The notes beneath the pieces are model-generated. The model worked only from the letters and a program-made list of their open reading frames with translations, was not told the DNA's origin and made no database searches. Below, piece by piece: positions 1-8,219 of a stretch of 64,000 nucleotides of DNA. This stretch comes from an uncultured virus (IMG/VR IMGVR_UViG_3300013383_000003). Taxonomy: Duplodnaviria; Heunggongvirae; Uroviricota; Caudoviricetes; Crassvirales. Positions within the stretch are counted from its first letter, which is position 1; every line of letters starts with the position of its first letter. Where the stretch lies: IMG/VR virus record IMGVR_UViG_3300013383_000003; one strand, given 5' to 3'. Both the position numbers and the translations under genes were made by a program.

Positions 1-31
1 TGGGTTTCGGTCTTGCTGTGTTTTGAAATAG
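1..31 (+). CDS. 3' end of DGR target gene (variable repeat; probably a C-type-lectin-fold receptor-binding/tail protein), truncated by window start
   Basis: Reads ...GFRSCCVLK-TAG. Nt 1-14 (TGGGTTTCGGTCTT) are identical to 288-301 of the template repeat. GFR is the typical C-terminal motif of DGR CLec targets. Confidence 0.8.
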   Translation, partial: GFRSCCVLK

Positions 32-132
32 TGCAAGAAATTTAGGAGCAGTTAGTATAAATTAACACATACTTAAAAAGTAATAAATATATAATTATAA
101 ATATACAGTGAATAAACACTGCTAAAAAATTT

Positions 133-350
133 AGGTTGGTTTATTCCATAGTTGTTCTGCAAAAAGAGACATCTATTTTTATTTTTGATTTATCTCTTCT
201 CGTCAGTGGTAACGCTAATAATGGTGCTAACGCAGGTCTCAGGTATTTCAACTCTAATAATGCTGTTTCTAATCAGTGGTCTAACAATGGGTTTCGGTCT
301 TAAATGTGTTTACTTTATAAAAGAAATAGACTAACCTTGTCAATAGACAA
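133..350 (+). ncRNA. DGR template RNA with pairing 5'/3' flanks
   Basis: AGGTTGGTTTATT (133-145) pairs over 13 bp (2 G-U) with AATAGACTAACCT (325-337), enclosing the TR. A hairpin TTGTC-AATA-GACAA (337-350) follows. Confidence 0.7.
193..310 (+). repeat. DGR template repeat (TR)
   Basis: In target frame reads LLVSGNANNGANAGLRYFNSNNAVSNQWSNNGFRS*, with 10 AAY codons. It lies directly upstream of the RT and its 3' end matches the VR end at 1-14. Confidence 0.92.
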
Positions 351-425
351 AAGATAACGTTGTAAATTAAAAAGCAGTATTGGTAAGAATATTCTGAAGA
401 TTCTGTTTTTCAAAACACATGCATA

Positions 426-1616
426 ATGAAAAGAGTGGGAAAATTACATGAGAAAATATGTACTCTTGATAATATAGAGCTTGCTGATAGATATGCAAGG
501 AGAAATAAGAAGGATAGTGGTATAGCGGTGCATGATACTAAGGCTGAAGAAGAAAATCTAATGCTCTTAGATAAGCTGCAAAATCTTACCTATAAAACTT
601 CTAACTATACAAAATTTAAGATAAAAGAAAAGAAAGAAAGGATAATATTCAAACTTCCTTATTATCCAGATAGAATTACTCATTGGGCTATAATGCTTAT
701 TATGGAAGATATTTGGGTAAATACTTTTATAAAACATACTTATTCTTGTGTAAAAGGTAGAGGAATTCATAAAGCTATTATTGATATACAGAAAGCACTA
801 TCAAAGGATAGTAAACATTCTACTTATTGTCTTAAAATGGATGTAAAGAAGTTCTACCCTTCAATAAAGCATGATATATTAGAAAGATTATTAAGAAGGA
901 AGATTAAAGATAAAAAACTTCTTTCAATATTAGATGAGATAGTAGAGTCTGCTGAAGGTGTACCTATAGGTAATTATTTATCTCAATTTTTTGCTAATTT
1001 ATATCTTACATATTATGACCATTGGATGAAAGAAGTCATAGGAGTAAAACATTACTTTAGATATACTGATGATATTATGGTATTGTCTGAAGATAAAAAC
1101 TTCTTAGAAAAAGTAGTAATACTAACAAAACTTTATTTTAAATATGAGCTAAATATAAGTATTAAAGATACTTACTTTATAACTGAGATAACAGATACTC
1201 AAGGTGTTACTTTCTTAGGATATAGATTCTTTAGAAACTATACCTTAATAGGTAAAGATATTAAGAGAGCTATTGAAAAAGTAATGCATAAATATAAACA
1301 AGGTAAGATTGGTAAAGATAAATTGAAAAGAACTATGTCTTCATACTTTGGGTGGTTAAAATGGTGTAATTCTAAGAATTATCTTCAAAAAATAGAAGAT
1401 ATAACAGGACTGCACTTTTCTAACTGGAAAGGTAAGAAAATTAATATTAGTACTTTAAAAGATAAATGTATTTATATAGTAGAGAAAGTAGATTACTCTA
1501 AGTACTTTCAATTACATTTTATATATAAAGGAAAACCTTATATAGTTAATAGCAGAAATGTTAAACTTAAAGAAATCTTAGAAGGTAAGCAATTACCTAT
1601 AAATTTTAAATTATAA
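426..1616 (+). CDS. DGR reverse transcriptase
   Basis: RT motifs KERIIFKLPYYPDRI, YCLKMDVKKFYPSI, DGR-type GVPIGNYLSQFFAN, catalytic YFRYTDD and FLGY; adjacent to TR. Confidence 0.95.
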   Translation: MKRVGKLHEKICTLDNIELADRYARRNKKDSGIAVHDTKAEEENLMLLDKLQNLTYKTSNYTKFKIKEKKERIIFKLPYYPDRITHWAIMLIMEDIWVNTFIKHTYSCVKGRGIHKAIIDIQKALSKDSKHSTYCLKMDVKKFYPSIKHDILERLLRRKIKDKKLLSILDEIVESAEGVPIGNYLSQFFANLYLTYYDHWMKEVIGVKHYFRYTDDIMVLSEDKNFLEKVVILTKLYFKYELNISIKDTYFITEITDTQGVTFLGYRFFRNYTLIGKDIKRAIEKVMHKYKQGKIGKDKLKRTMSSYFGWLKWCNSKNYLQKIEDITGLHFSNWKGKKINISTLKDKCIYIVEKVDYSKYFQLHFIYKGKPYIVNSRNVKLKEILEGKQLPINFKL

Positions 1617-1619
1617 ATT

Positions 1620-1997
1620 ATGTTCGAACAAAATAATAGAATAACACAATCTACAAAACCAGAGACTTTTGTTCCATTAGGTACTGGTAATTATTATTAT
1701 CAGTATGATATTCAATATCAAAAAGTAAAGAAACATCTGGTGGAAGAAGACAAAGATGTAGAGGAGCTTGAATATAGCTTTTTACAGCTAAGAATAGCAG
1801 GAGTTCCAGAGTATAAAGCTTGTGTAGAGGCTGTGATTAGAAGTTATCTAACAGAAACACAAGAATTTGACTTAATTAATTCTGCTAATAAAGATATTCT
1901 TGCAGGTAAAAAGAATAGTGATGATATAACAAAATATCTTGAGTATCTTGCTCTTCTTGATGAAATAAAAGAGAAAGTGAAAAAGGATTTTGCTTAA
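1620..1997 (+). CDS. hypothetical protein downstream of DGR RT (possible DGR accessory or tail-fibre chaperone)
   Basis: 125-aa ORF starting 3 nt after the RT stop and followed by a terminator. Confidence 0.6.
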   Translation: MFEQNNRITQSTKPETFVPLGTGNYYYQYDIQYQKVKKHLVEEDKDVEELEYSFLQLRIAGVPEYKACVEAVIRSYLTETQEFDLINSANKDILAGKKNSDDITKYLEYLALLDEIKEKVKKDFA

Positions 1998-2008
1998 CTT
2001 TTAAAAAG

Positions 2009-2043
2009 AATCCACTTATGCTATTGTGTAGGTGGATTTTTTT
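2009..2043 (+). terminator. rho-independent terminator
   Basis: AATCCACTTATGC-TATT-GTGTAGGTGGATT followed by a T run. Confidence 0.8.
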
Positions 2044-2046
2044 ATT

Positions 2047-2056
2047 TACATTTGCA
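2047..2056 (+). promoter_or_regulatory. Bacteroidota-type -7 promoter element (TAnnTTTG) for lysis genes
   Basis: TACATTTGCA, ending 22 nt before the ATG at 2079. Confidence 0.65.
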
Positions 2057-2078
2057 GGTGTGAAATATTTTAATACAA

Positions 2079-2699
2079 ATGAAAAATACTCTATTGTTGA
2101 TATTCACTACATGTATAATAATATTATTATATATTTCTTATTCTTTTCGTAAAGACAATAAGGGTCTTAATAGTAAACTTACTACAGCTATAAATAATAT
2201 AAAAGCTTATAAGAGTACTAATGATAGTTTAAGAGATAAGTGCATATATTTTAAATATACTGTAGAAGAATTGGAGACATATAATGATTCTATATTAGAT
2301 AAATTAATAAAGGTGCAGCATGAATTAGGGATTAAAGATAAGAACCTTAAACAGTTGCAGTATATAGAGAGTAAAGCAGAAAGAAGAGATACTATAATAT
2401 TTAGAGATACAATCTTTAAAAGTCCTACTTTAAAAGTAGACACATTGATTGGCAATGAATGGTATTATGCTAAACTAAAGTTGGAATACCCTAATATTAT
2501 ATTTATCAATCCTATATGCAAGAGTGAAAAGTACATAGTAACAAGTAAAAGAAAAGAGACAGTGAGACCCCCTAAGAAGTTCTTTCTTTTAAGGTGGTTT
2601 CAAAAGAAACATTGGGTTGTGGAAGTGAACATAGAGGAGAAGAACCCATATATTACTAATATTAATAACAAATTTATAGAAATTATAGACAATGATTGA
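2079..2699 (+). CDS. membrane-anchored lysis accessory protein (spanin-like)
   Basis: N-terminal TM helix followed by a coiled coil; first gene of the holin/endolysin cluster. Confidence 0.55.
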   Translation: MKNTLLLIFTTCIIILLYISYSFRKDNKGLNSKLTTAINNIKAYKSTNDSLRDKCIYFKYTVEELETYNDSILDKLIKVQHELGIKDKNLKQLQYIESKAERRDTIIFRDTIFKSPTLKVDTLIGNEWYYAKLKLEYPNIIFINPICKSEKYIVTSKRKETVRPPKKFFLLRWFQKKHWVVEVNIEEKNPYITNINNKFIEIIDND

Positions 2700-3057
2700 C
2701 CTTGGGATAATAATTACTGGTGGTATAGGAGCTCTTACCACTATAGTAAGTGGTTGGGCATCATGGTTCTACACACGTAGAAAATATAATAGTGAGGTTG
2801 ACTCTAATGTGATTCACAATATGAAAAGTTCTTTAGATTTTTATGAACAACTTACTACAGATACTAATAATAGATTGAAGGAAGTATTACAAAAAAATAA
2901 AGAGCTGGAAACTCAGGTAAATAATCTGAGAAACCAACTATTTAACTTGATGTCTTCAATATGCACAGACTTAACCTGTCAGTTAAGACAGCACAATGAA
3001 GAGAAATTAAAAAATATAAATGATACTAACGCTGGAAAGAAAGTGGAAGAAAAGTAA
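2692..3057 (+). CDS. putative holin-like membrane protein
   Basis: N-terminal hydrophobic helix plus coiled coil; overlaps both neighbours and precedes the endolysin. Confidence 0.55.
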   Translation: MIDLGIIITGGIGALTTIVSGWASWFYTRRKYNSEVDSNVIHNMKSSLDFYEQLTTDTNNRLKEVLQKNKELETQVNNLRNQLFNLMSSICTDLTCQLRQHNEEKLKNINDTNAGKKVEEK

Positions 3058-3484
3058 CTATACTATAGGCAACTTATATATAGATGGTAAATACTTCTGT
3101 GATACTCTTGAAGATGCTGATAGAGGATTGAAAGATACAATGTCACTAGAAGAAATAAAAACATTAAAACAGCCTTCAATTACCGCTATTCCTATAGGTA
3201 CTTATAAAATCACTTTAGATGTGGTAAGTCCTAAGTTTAGTCAATACCCATTTTATAAGAATATTAATGGTGGAAGAGTGCCCAGACTTTTAAATGTAAA
3301 AGGCTTTGATGGTATCTTATTACATGTAATGGATGGTAAGAAAGGGGCTAAACTAAGCTCAGGCTGTATAGGTGTAGGTAAGAATCTTATTAAAGGAGGA
3401 CTACTATTAGGTAAAGAGTATTACAAGAAGTTGTATGATACACTTCTTCCATATAAAGATAATATAACTATAAAAATAATTTAA
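3020..3484 (+). CDS. putative endolysin, DUF5675 family
   Basis: YTIGNLYIDG.YFCDTLED, TAIPIGTY and LLH...SSGCIGVG (His/Cys pair). Confidence 0.75.
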   Translation: MILTLERKWKKSNYTIGNLYIDGKYFCDTLEDADRGLKDTMSLEEIKTLKQPSITAIPIGTYKITLDVVSPKFSQYPFYKNINGGRVPRLLNVKGFDGILLHVMDGKKGAKLSSGCIGVGKNLIKGGLLLGKEYYKKLYDTLLPYKDNITIKII

Positions 3485-3486
3485 GT

Positions 3487-3633
3487 ATGGCAAAACCAAA
3501 GAAAGTAACTAAAGTACCTACTAAAACTACGCAGAAGAAGACTCAGAGTAAATATAGACCATTGCCTATGTCTCCTACTGCAGGTATTAACAGAGGACAT
3601 AGACTTGGGTGTGGAGGGAAACTTAAAAAATAG
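3487..3633 (+). CDS. small basic protein (48 aa; not in ORF track)
   Basis: ATG 3487 to TAG 3633 reads MAKPKKVTKVPTKTTQKKTQSKYRPLPMSPTAGINRGHRLGCGGKLKK and fills the gap after the endolysin. Confidence 0.65.
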   Translation: MAKPKKVTKVPTKTTQKKTQSKYRPLPMSPTAGINRGHRLGCGGKLKK

Positions 3634-4000
3634 ATATTGTAAGCTATTACTATTGATATTGAAATATATACCAATGGTAATAGCTTTATGCTATATAATA
3701 AATTCTATATATTATATAGCACCTTTAAGTAATATAGCAGGAATGTCACTTTTTACTTGGATATTTTTCTATGTGTCCTCAATAGTATTCAAGTTTTGTG
3801 TATATCATCAAATGTTTTTATGGTATATACTTATAGATGATGTGATTAACATTACGGCTTTTTACTGGAATATATCAATGGAGCTGCTAAGAGTACTTAA
3901 AGGATTTAGTGTTTCTATAGGGATAGTATTATTCATAATATTGATTGTATATGTTAAATATAGTAAAGCAACACCTACAAAAAATTATAGAAGATATTGA
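3611..4000 (+). CDS. multi-pass membrane protein
   Basis: 3-4 hydrophobic segments. GTG at 3611 is the likely start; the track gives TTG at 3605. Confidence 0.65.
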   Translation: MEGNLKNRYCKLLLLILKYIPMVIALCYIINSIYYIAPLSNIAGMSLFTWIFFYVSSIVFKFCVYHQMFLWYILIDDVINITAFYWNISMELLRVLKGFSVSIGIVLFIILIVYVKYSKATPTKNYRRY

Positions 4001-4241
4001 TTTAGGCAATAGTAATCTTACAGAAGAAGATGCTTCTATAGTAATAGGCCTTATAAGAAAATATACTGATAAAACTAAGAGGCTAAGTAAGTATCAAGCT
4101 TGTAAGAAACTTAATGTCAGTAGAGCTACATTTGATAATATGGTAAGAGCTGGTAAGATACCTAAAGGAATAAAGGAACAAGGATTTAAAGAATTATCTT
4201 GGACAGAAAAAGACCTTGACAATGTTATAAAAGGATATTAG
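3951..4241 (+). CDS. HTH DNA-binding protein (AlpA/excisionase-like)
   Basis: LSKYQACKKLNVSRATFDNMVRAGKIPKG...LSW. Confidence 0.75.
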   Translation: MLNIVKQHLQKIIEDIDLGNSNLTEEDASIVIGLIRKYTDKTKRLSKYQACKKLNVSRATFDNMVRAGKIPKGIKEQGFKELSWTEKDLDNVIKGY

Positions 4242-4267
4242 CATTATGTTTAAAATTATGATGTAAG

Positions 4268-4305
4268 AAACACTCATAGAGTCAATACTTTATGGGTGTT
4301 TTTTT
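4268..4305 (+). terminator. rho-independent terminator flanked by TTAGCATTAT direct repeats
   Basis: 15-bp stem AAACACTCATAGAGT/ACTTTATGGGTGTTT plus T run; repeats at 4238-4247 and 4312-4321. Confidence 0.75.
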
Positions 4306-4344
4306 ATGCCCTTAGCATTATTAGGTTTATAATAATATAATACA

Positions 4345-4354
4345 TACCTTTGCC
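4345..4354 (+). promoter_or_regulatory. Bacteroidota-type -7 promoter element for the 5-gene cassette
   Basis: TACCTTTGCC upstream of ATG 4395. Confidence 0.6.
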
Positions 4355-4394
4355 ATGTAAAGCTTTACAACAATTTTTTAATACTTATTTAACT

Positions 4395-5288
4395 ATGGAA
4401 AAAACTTATGTATTTGATTCTGCTGATAACAGCAGCTTTAACTCTTCTGCAATCTTAGCTAGTTTAATGCAGAATAAAGGAATTGACCCTAATCTTATGG
4501 CTATGCTTACCAGTGCTTCAAGAAATCAAGATGCTTGGGGAGGCAGTGGCTGTTGGTTTATGTGGGTGATACTTCTCTTCTGGTTATGGGGAGGTAGAGG
4601 TAATGGTATGTTTGGTAATGATACTAATGGCATACCAAATCAACTTAACAATGACTTTGGTAGAGATGTACTATTACAGGCTATTAATGGTAATGCCCAG
4701 GCTATAAGTCAGCTTGCTACTACTCTTAACTGTGACATTAATGCTGTACAAGGAGCTATTAGTAATGTTCAAAACTCTGTACAGGGTATAGCTTCTCAGC
4801 TTGGTATGACTGGACAGCAAGTTATTAATGCTATACAACAGGGCAATTGTCAACTTGGTAATCAGATGGCACAATGCTGCTGCACTATACAGGATGCTAT
4901 AACAAGAACTAATTATGAAAATCAATTGTCTAATGTTAATCAGACTAACACCCTTCAGAATGCTATTAATTTTGTAAATAGCTCTGTAGAAAGAGGATTT
5001 TCTTCTACTGCTTATGCTACAGCACAGCAGACTTGTGATTTAAAGAATGCTATTGCTCAGCAGACTACTCTTATTAATGATAAATTCTGTCAATTAGAAA
5101 TGAGAGAAATGCAGAATAAGATAGATGCCCTTAGACAAGAAAATAATAATCTTGTATTAGCAGCTTCTCAACAAGCTCAAACAGCTAATATAATTAATCA
5201 AGTAAGGCCTACTCCTACACCTGCTTATGTAGTAGCCAATCCTTATTGTAATTGTGGTAGTCCTTATAATAATGGGTGTAATTGTTAA
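4395..5288 (+). CDS. Gln/Asn/Cys-rich protein of unknown function
   Basis: True start is likely ATG 4395 (MEKTYVF). Contains a Trp-rich hydrophobic segment, a Q/N-rich helical region, QCCC and a C-terminal CNC..GCNC. Confidence 0.8.
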   Translation: MEKTYVFDSADNSSFNSSAILASLMQNKGIDPNLMAMLTSASRNQDAWGGSGCWFMWVILLFWLWGGRGNGMFGNDTNGIPNQLNNDFGRDVLLQAINGNAQAISQLATTLNCDINAVQGAISNVQNSVQGIASQLGMTGQQVINAIQQGNCQLGNQMAQCCCTIQDAITRTNYENQLSNVNQTNTLQNAINFVNSSVERGFSSTAYATAQQTCDLKNAIAQQTTLINDKFCQLEMREMQNKIDALRQENNNLVLAASQQAQTANIINQVRPTPTPAYVVANPYCNCGSPYNNGCNC

Positions 5289-5307
5289 TCATTAAATAGT
5301 ATATGTT

Positions 5308-5718
5308 ATGTCAGTAGTAATATCACCTGTAGGATTAGCAGCTGCTCCTGTAGCTAATGTTGCTAATATTATGGCTACTTTTAAAGAAAAATTGTGTAGA
5401 GCATATTGTGTAGATTCTACTATACAGCCTCAAGTATCTTTAGTTTATACTGTAGGTACTGCCAGACTTATAGAAAGTACTGTATTTATACCAATACAAG
5501 CAGTAATTACTATAGTAACACAAACAGAATGTTGTGGATGTAATGCTCACACACAGTTATTTACAGAAAACTTTGTAGTAGCTTTTCAAGGTCAGACAGC
5601 AGTTCCTACTACTATAACAGTAGCTAATATAGGAAGAGATGCCTTTGGCTCTAATATACATTGTGGTAAAGCCTATAGCTATACTATAAATGATTCTTTA
5701 ACTATAACAATTGCTTAA
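5308..5718 (+). CDS. hypothetical beta-rich, Cys-containing protein
   Basis: 136-aa ORF in the cassette, rich in V/T/A, with a CCGC motif. Confidence 0.7.
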   Translation: MSVVISPVGLAAAPVANVANIMATFKEKLCRAYCVDSTIQPQVSLVYTVGTARLIESTVFIPIQAVITIVTQTECCGCNAHTQLFTENFVVAFQGQTAVPTTITVANIGRDAFGSNIHCGKAYSYTINDSLTITIA

Positions 5719-5736
5719 TTTTAAAAATAGAATAAT

Positions 5737-6243
5737 ATGTTTTCAAATCTGAGAGCTAATAGTCAATTATATATATTACATAAAGATAATACTCCTTATG
5801 TAGAGATAGGGCAAGTAGTAAGTGTATCTCAGCCCATGCCAAGATACCAAGTTAATAATTTTATGTCACCACAAGAGTTAGTGGTAGATATAGTAGTAAA
5901 TGTTAATGGTAATAACATTACATTACAGAAGCTTCCTGCTAATTTAGATGTAGCAGACCAAGGAACTGCTAATGGTTCTCTGTTTATATCTACTACAAAA
6001 GAATCTATGAATAATGAGATAACCTTACTCAGACAGAAAAGCCTTGATATACTTAATAGCACTGACTATCACAAGAAAATAATACAGGATTGCGAGATAC
6101 TACTTCAAAGATTAAATCCTGAATTTGCAGAACAAAAACAACAAAAACAAGAGATTGATACTTTAAAGACTCAAATGTCTGAATTAATGTCTAATATGAA
6201 AGACTTAATGTCTCAGATAAAAAATGAAACAATAAAATCTTAA
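5737..6243 (+). CDS. hypothetical protein (beta N-domain plus coiled coil)
   Basis: 168-aa ORF in the cassette. Confidence 0.75.
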   Translation: MFSNLRANSQLYILHKDNTPYVEIGQVVSVSQPMPRYQVNNFMSPQELVVDIVVNVNGNNITLQKLPANLDVADQGTANGSLFISTTKESMNNEITLLRQKSLDILNSTDYHKKIIQDCEILLQRLNPEFAEQKQQKQEIDTLKTQMSELMSNMKDLMSQIKNETIKS

Positions 6244-6249
6244 TATACT

Positions 6250-6483
6250 ATGGGGAAAATATTTCGTGTTATTGATGAAGCAGATGATTATATGTATAAT
6301 CAGAGAGGCTATAGTCAGAGGGAATCTGATGAAAGAATGCTTGAAAAAGCTTTTAAAGAAGGTTGTGAGCATGGCTATAAGAAAGCCATGAGAGAGCTTG
6401 AGGGTTATGGTGAAAGAAGTTCTCATGCTTTTAGAGAAGGTTTTGAAGAAAAGTTAGAAAGACTTAAGAAACGGTATGAATAG
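6250..6483 (+). CDS. small charged hypothetical protein
   Basis: 77 aa, E/R/G/Y-rich, with an AF(K/R)EG repeat. Confidence 0.7.
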   Translation: MGKIFRVIDEADDYMYNQRGYSQRESDERMLEKAFKEGCEHGYKKAMRELEGYGERSSHAFREGFEEKLERLKKRYE

Positions 6484-6485
6484 TT

Positions 6486-6875
6486 ATGAGGCAGAATTTC
6501 AGAATTAATAAATATGGATGGAATGTCATAATCTATTATACAGTAAATGATGTAGAGAAGAAAGAAATCAAAGATATGCTTGCAGGAATAAATTATAAAA
6601 CTTTATCTTCTATAGAAGTTAATCTTGATAAAGCAGAACTTGACACAGGATTTACTTATTCAGATTATGATAAATACTATTCCATAATAGTCATTCATAA
6701 AGCATCTAGTATAGGGGAATTTATCAATACTTTTGAGCATGAGAAAAACCACTTAGAGATGCATATCTGTGAAGCATTAGACATTAATCCTTACTCAGAG
6801 GAAGCAGCTCACATGAGTGGTGACTTAGCCCAATTAATTCTTGAAGAAGCTTTATATGCTATAGTAGAACTTTAA
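6486..6875 (+). CDS. HExxH-motif (zincin-like) small protein
   Basis: FEHEKNHLEMH...SEEAAH. Confidence 0.65.
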   Translation: MRQNFRINKYGWNVIIYYTVNDVEKKEIKDMLAGINYKTLSSIEVNLDKAELDTGFTYSDYDKYYSIIVIHKASSIGEFINTFEHEKNHLEMHICEALDINPYSEEAAHMSGDLAQLILEEALYAIVEL

Positions 6876-6878
6876 TAT

Positions 6879-6914
6879 GAGGGGGGGGGCATTATAAGTG
6901 TCCCCCTTATTTTA
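6879..6914 (+). terminator. rho-independent terminator containing a G9 tract
   Basis: GAGGGGGGGGGCATTATAAGTGTCCCCCTTATTTTT. Confidence 0.75.
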
Positions 6915-6959
6915 TATAAGCACTTTTCTTAAAGTATTTTTTATATTTCCTATTTATAG

Positions 6960-6969
6960 TATCTTTGCA
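6960..6969 (+). promoter_or_regulatory. Bacteroidota-type -7 promoter element for the capsid operon
   Basis: TATCTTTGCA upstream of ATG 7003. Confidence 0.7.
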
Positions 6970-7002
6970 TTGAAGTTTAATTTAAAAAAGAGAAGTGTAG
7001 TT

Positions 7003-8139
7003 ATGGAAGGATTATCACTAGATAATATTACAACAGGAGAAGAGGCAGCTGCACTCTTTTCAGAAGAAACACAGAATGAAAGTACTGAAGAGGTACAAAG
7101 TTCTGAAACAAATGAAGAAGGAGAAAATAAAACTACTGAGGTTATAGATGCAAGCAAATTGTTTGCAGAAGAGCCAGAGAGCGTAGGTAGTGAAGATAAT
7201 AGTAAGGAACAGGAAGATACCTCTTCTAAAGAGGTAACTTCTCCAAACTTCTACTCTTCCATTGCCAAAGCCTTTGCAGAGGATGGTATCTTCCAAAACC
7301 TTAATGATGATTCTCTTTCTAAGGTAAAAGATGCTGAAACTTTTAGAGATTTAATAGAGCAACAAATTAAATCGGAACTTGATGAGAGACAGCAAAGAAT
7401 TGATGATGCCCTTAATGCAGGAATAGAGCCTACAAGAGTACAACAGTATGAGAATAACATGAATATTCTTAATAGTATCTCTGATGAAGCTATTGAAGAA
7501 GAAGGAGAGAAAGGAGAAAACCTTAGAAAGAACATCATTTATGAAGATTATATACAAAGAGGTTTCAGTAAAGAAAGAGCTACTAAAGCAGTAGAGAGGT
7601 CTATAGCTGCTGGAACTGATATAGAAGATGCAAAAGAAGCATTGCAAAGTTGTAAGGAACAAGTTAAGAATGCTTACGATATTGCAGTGAAAGAAGCAAA
7701 GGAAGAAAAAGCAAATGAAGAGAAAGAGCTTTTAAATCAAGCAGAAGCTCTTAAAAATTCAATTCTTTCTGATAAAAAACCATTTGGAGATTTGGAGATA
7801 GATAAGAGTACAAGACAAAGAGTATTTGATGCTATAGCCAAACCAATTTATACAAATCCTAAGACAGGGGAAAGACTTACTGCTATACAAAAGTTTGAAG
7901 CAGAAAACCATAATGACTTTATGAAATATATAGGACTTACTTATGTATTAACTGATGGTTTTAAATCTCTTGATGGGTTAGTTAAAGGTAAAGTAAAGAA
8001 AGAAGTAAAGAAGGGTCTTAAAGAGTTGGAGCATACATTAAATAATACTGCAAGAAACTCGGATGGTACACTTAAATTTGCAAGTGGTGTAACCTCTGAC
8101 CCAGAATCTATGCTTAAGAATTTTACATTAGATATATAG
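7003..8139 (+). CDS. acidic capsid-assembly (scaffold-like) protein upstream of MCP
   Basis: Likely start is ATG 7003 (MEGLSLD). Very acidic N-terminus, coiled-coil body, directly before the MCP. Confidence 0.7.
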   Translation: MEGLSLDNITTGEEAAALFSEETQNESTEEVQSSETNEEGENKTTEVIDASKLFAEEPESVGSEDNSKEQEDTSSKEVTSPNFYSSIAKAFAEDGIFQNLNDDSLSKVKDAETFRDLIEQQIKSELDERQQRIDDALNAGIEPTRVQQYENNMNILNSISDEAIEEEGEKGENLRKNIIYEDYIQRGFSKERATKAVERSIAAGTDIEDAKEALQSCKEQVKNAYDIAVKEAKEEKANEEKELLNQAEALKNSILSDKKPFGDLEIDKSTRQRVFDAIAKPIYTNPKTGERLTAIQKFEAENHNDFMKYIGLTYVLTDGFKSLDGLVKGKVKKEVKKGLKELEHTLNNTARNSDGTLKFASGVTSDPESMLKNFTLDI

Positions 8140-8162
8140 TTTTATTTTTTTAATTTAATATT

Positions 8163-8219
8163 ATGGCAGGAAAACTTAACAAGTTTCAAATATCCCCAGT
8201 CTTTGAGGGATGGCAGGGT
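8163..8219 (+). CDS. MCP exon 1
   Basis: MAGKLNKFQISPVFEGWQG; ends in the U of the P1 U-G pair. Confidence 0.88.

Noticed and set aside
152..334. 60-aa hydrophobic ORF upstream of RT (possible avd)
   Set aside because: It is an alternative-frame reading of the template repeat with a TTG start and no Avd-like features.
426..1616. RT as group II intron maturase, retron or Abi RT
   Set aside because: It has the DGR-type GNYLSQ motif and an adjacent AAY-rich TR matching an upstream VR; no group II domain V or retron VTG motif was seen.
6898..7002. N-terminal extensions in track ORFs 6898, 4350, 17990 and 40021
   Set aside because: They run through terminator or promoter sequence, or overlap the upstream gene; downstream ATGs (7003, 4395, 18026, 40003) fit better.
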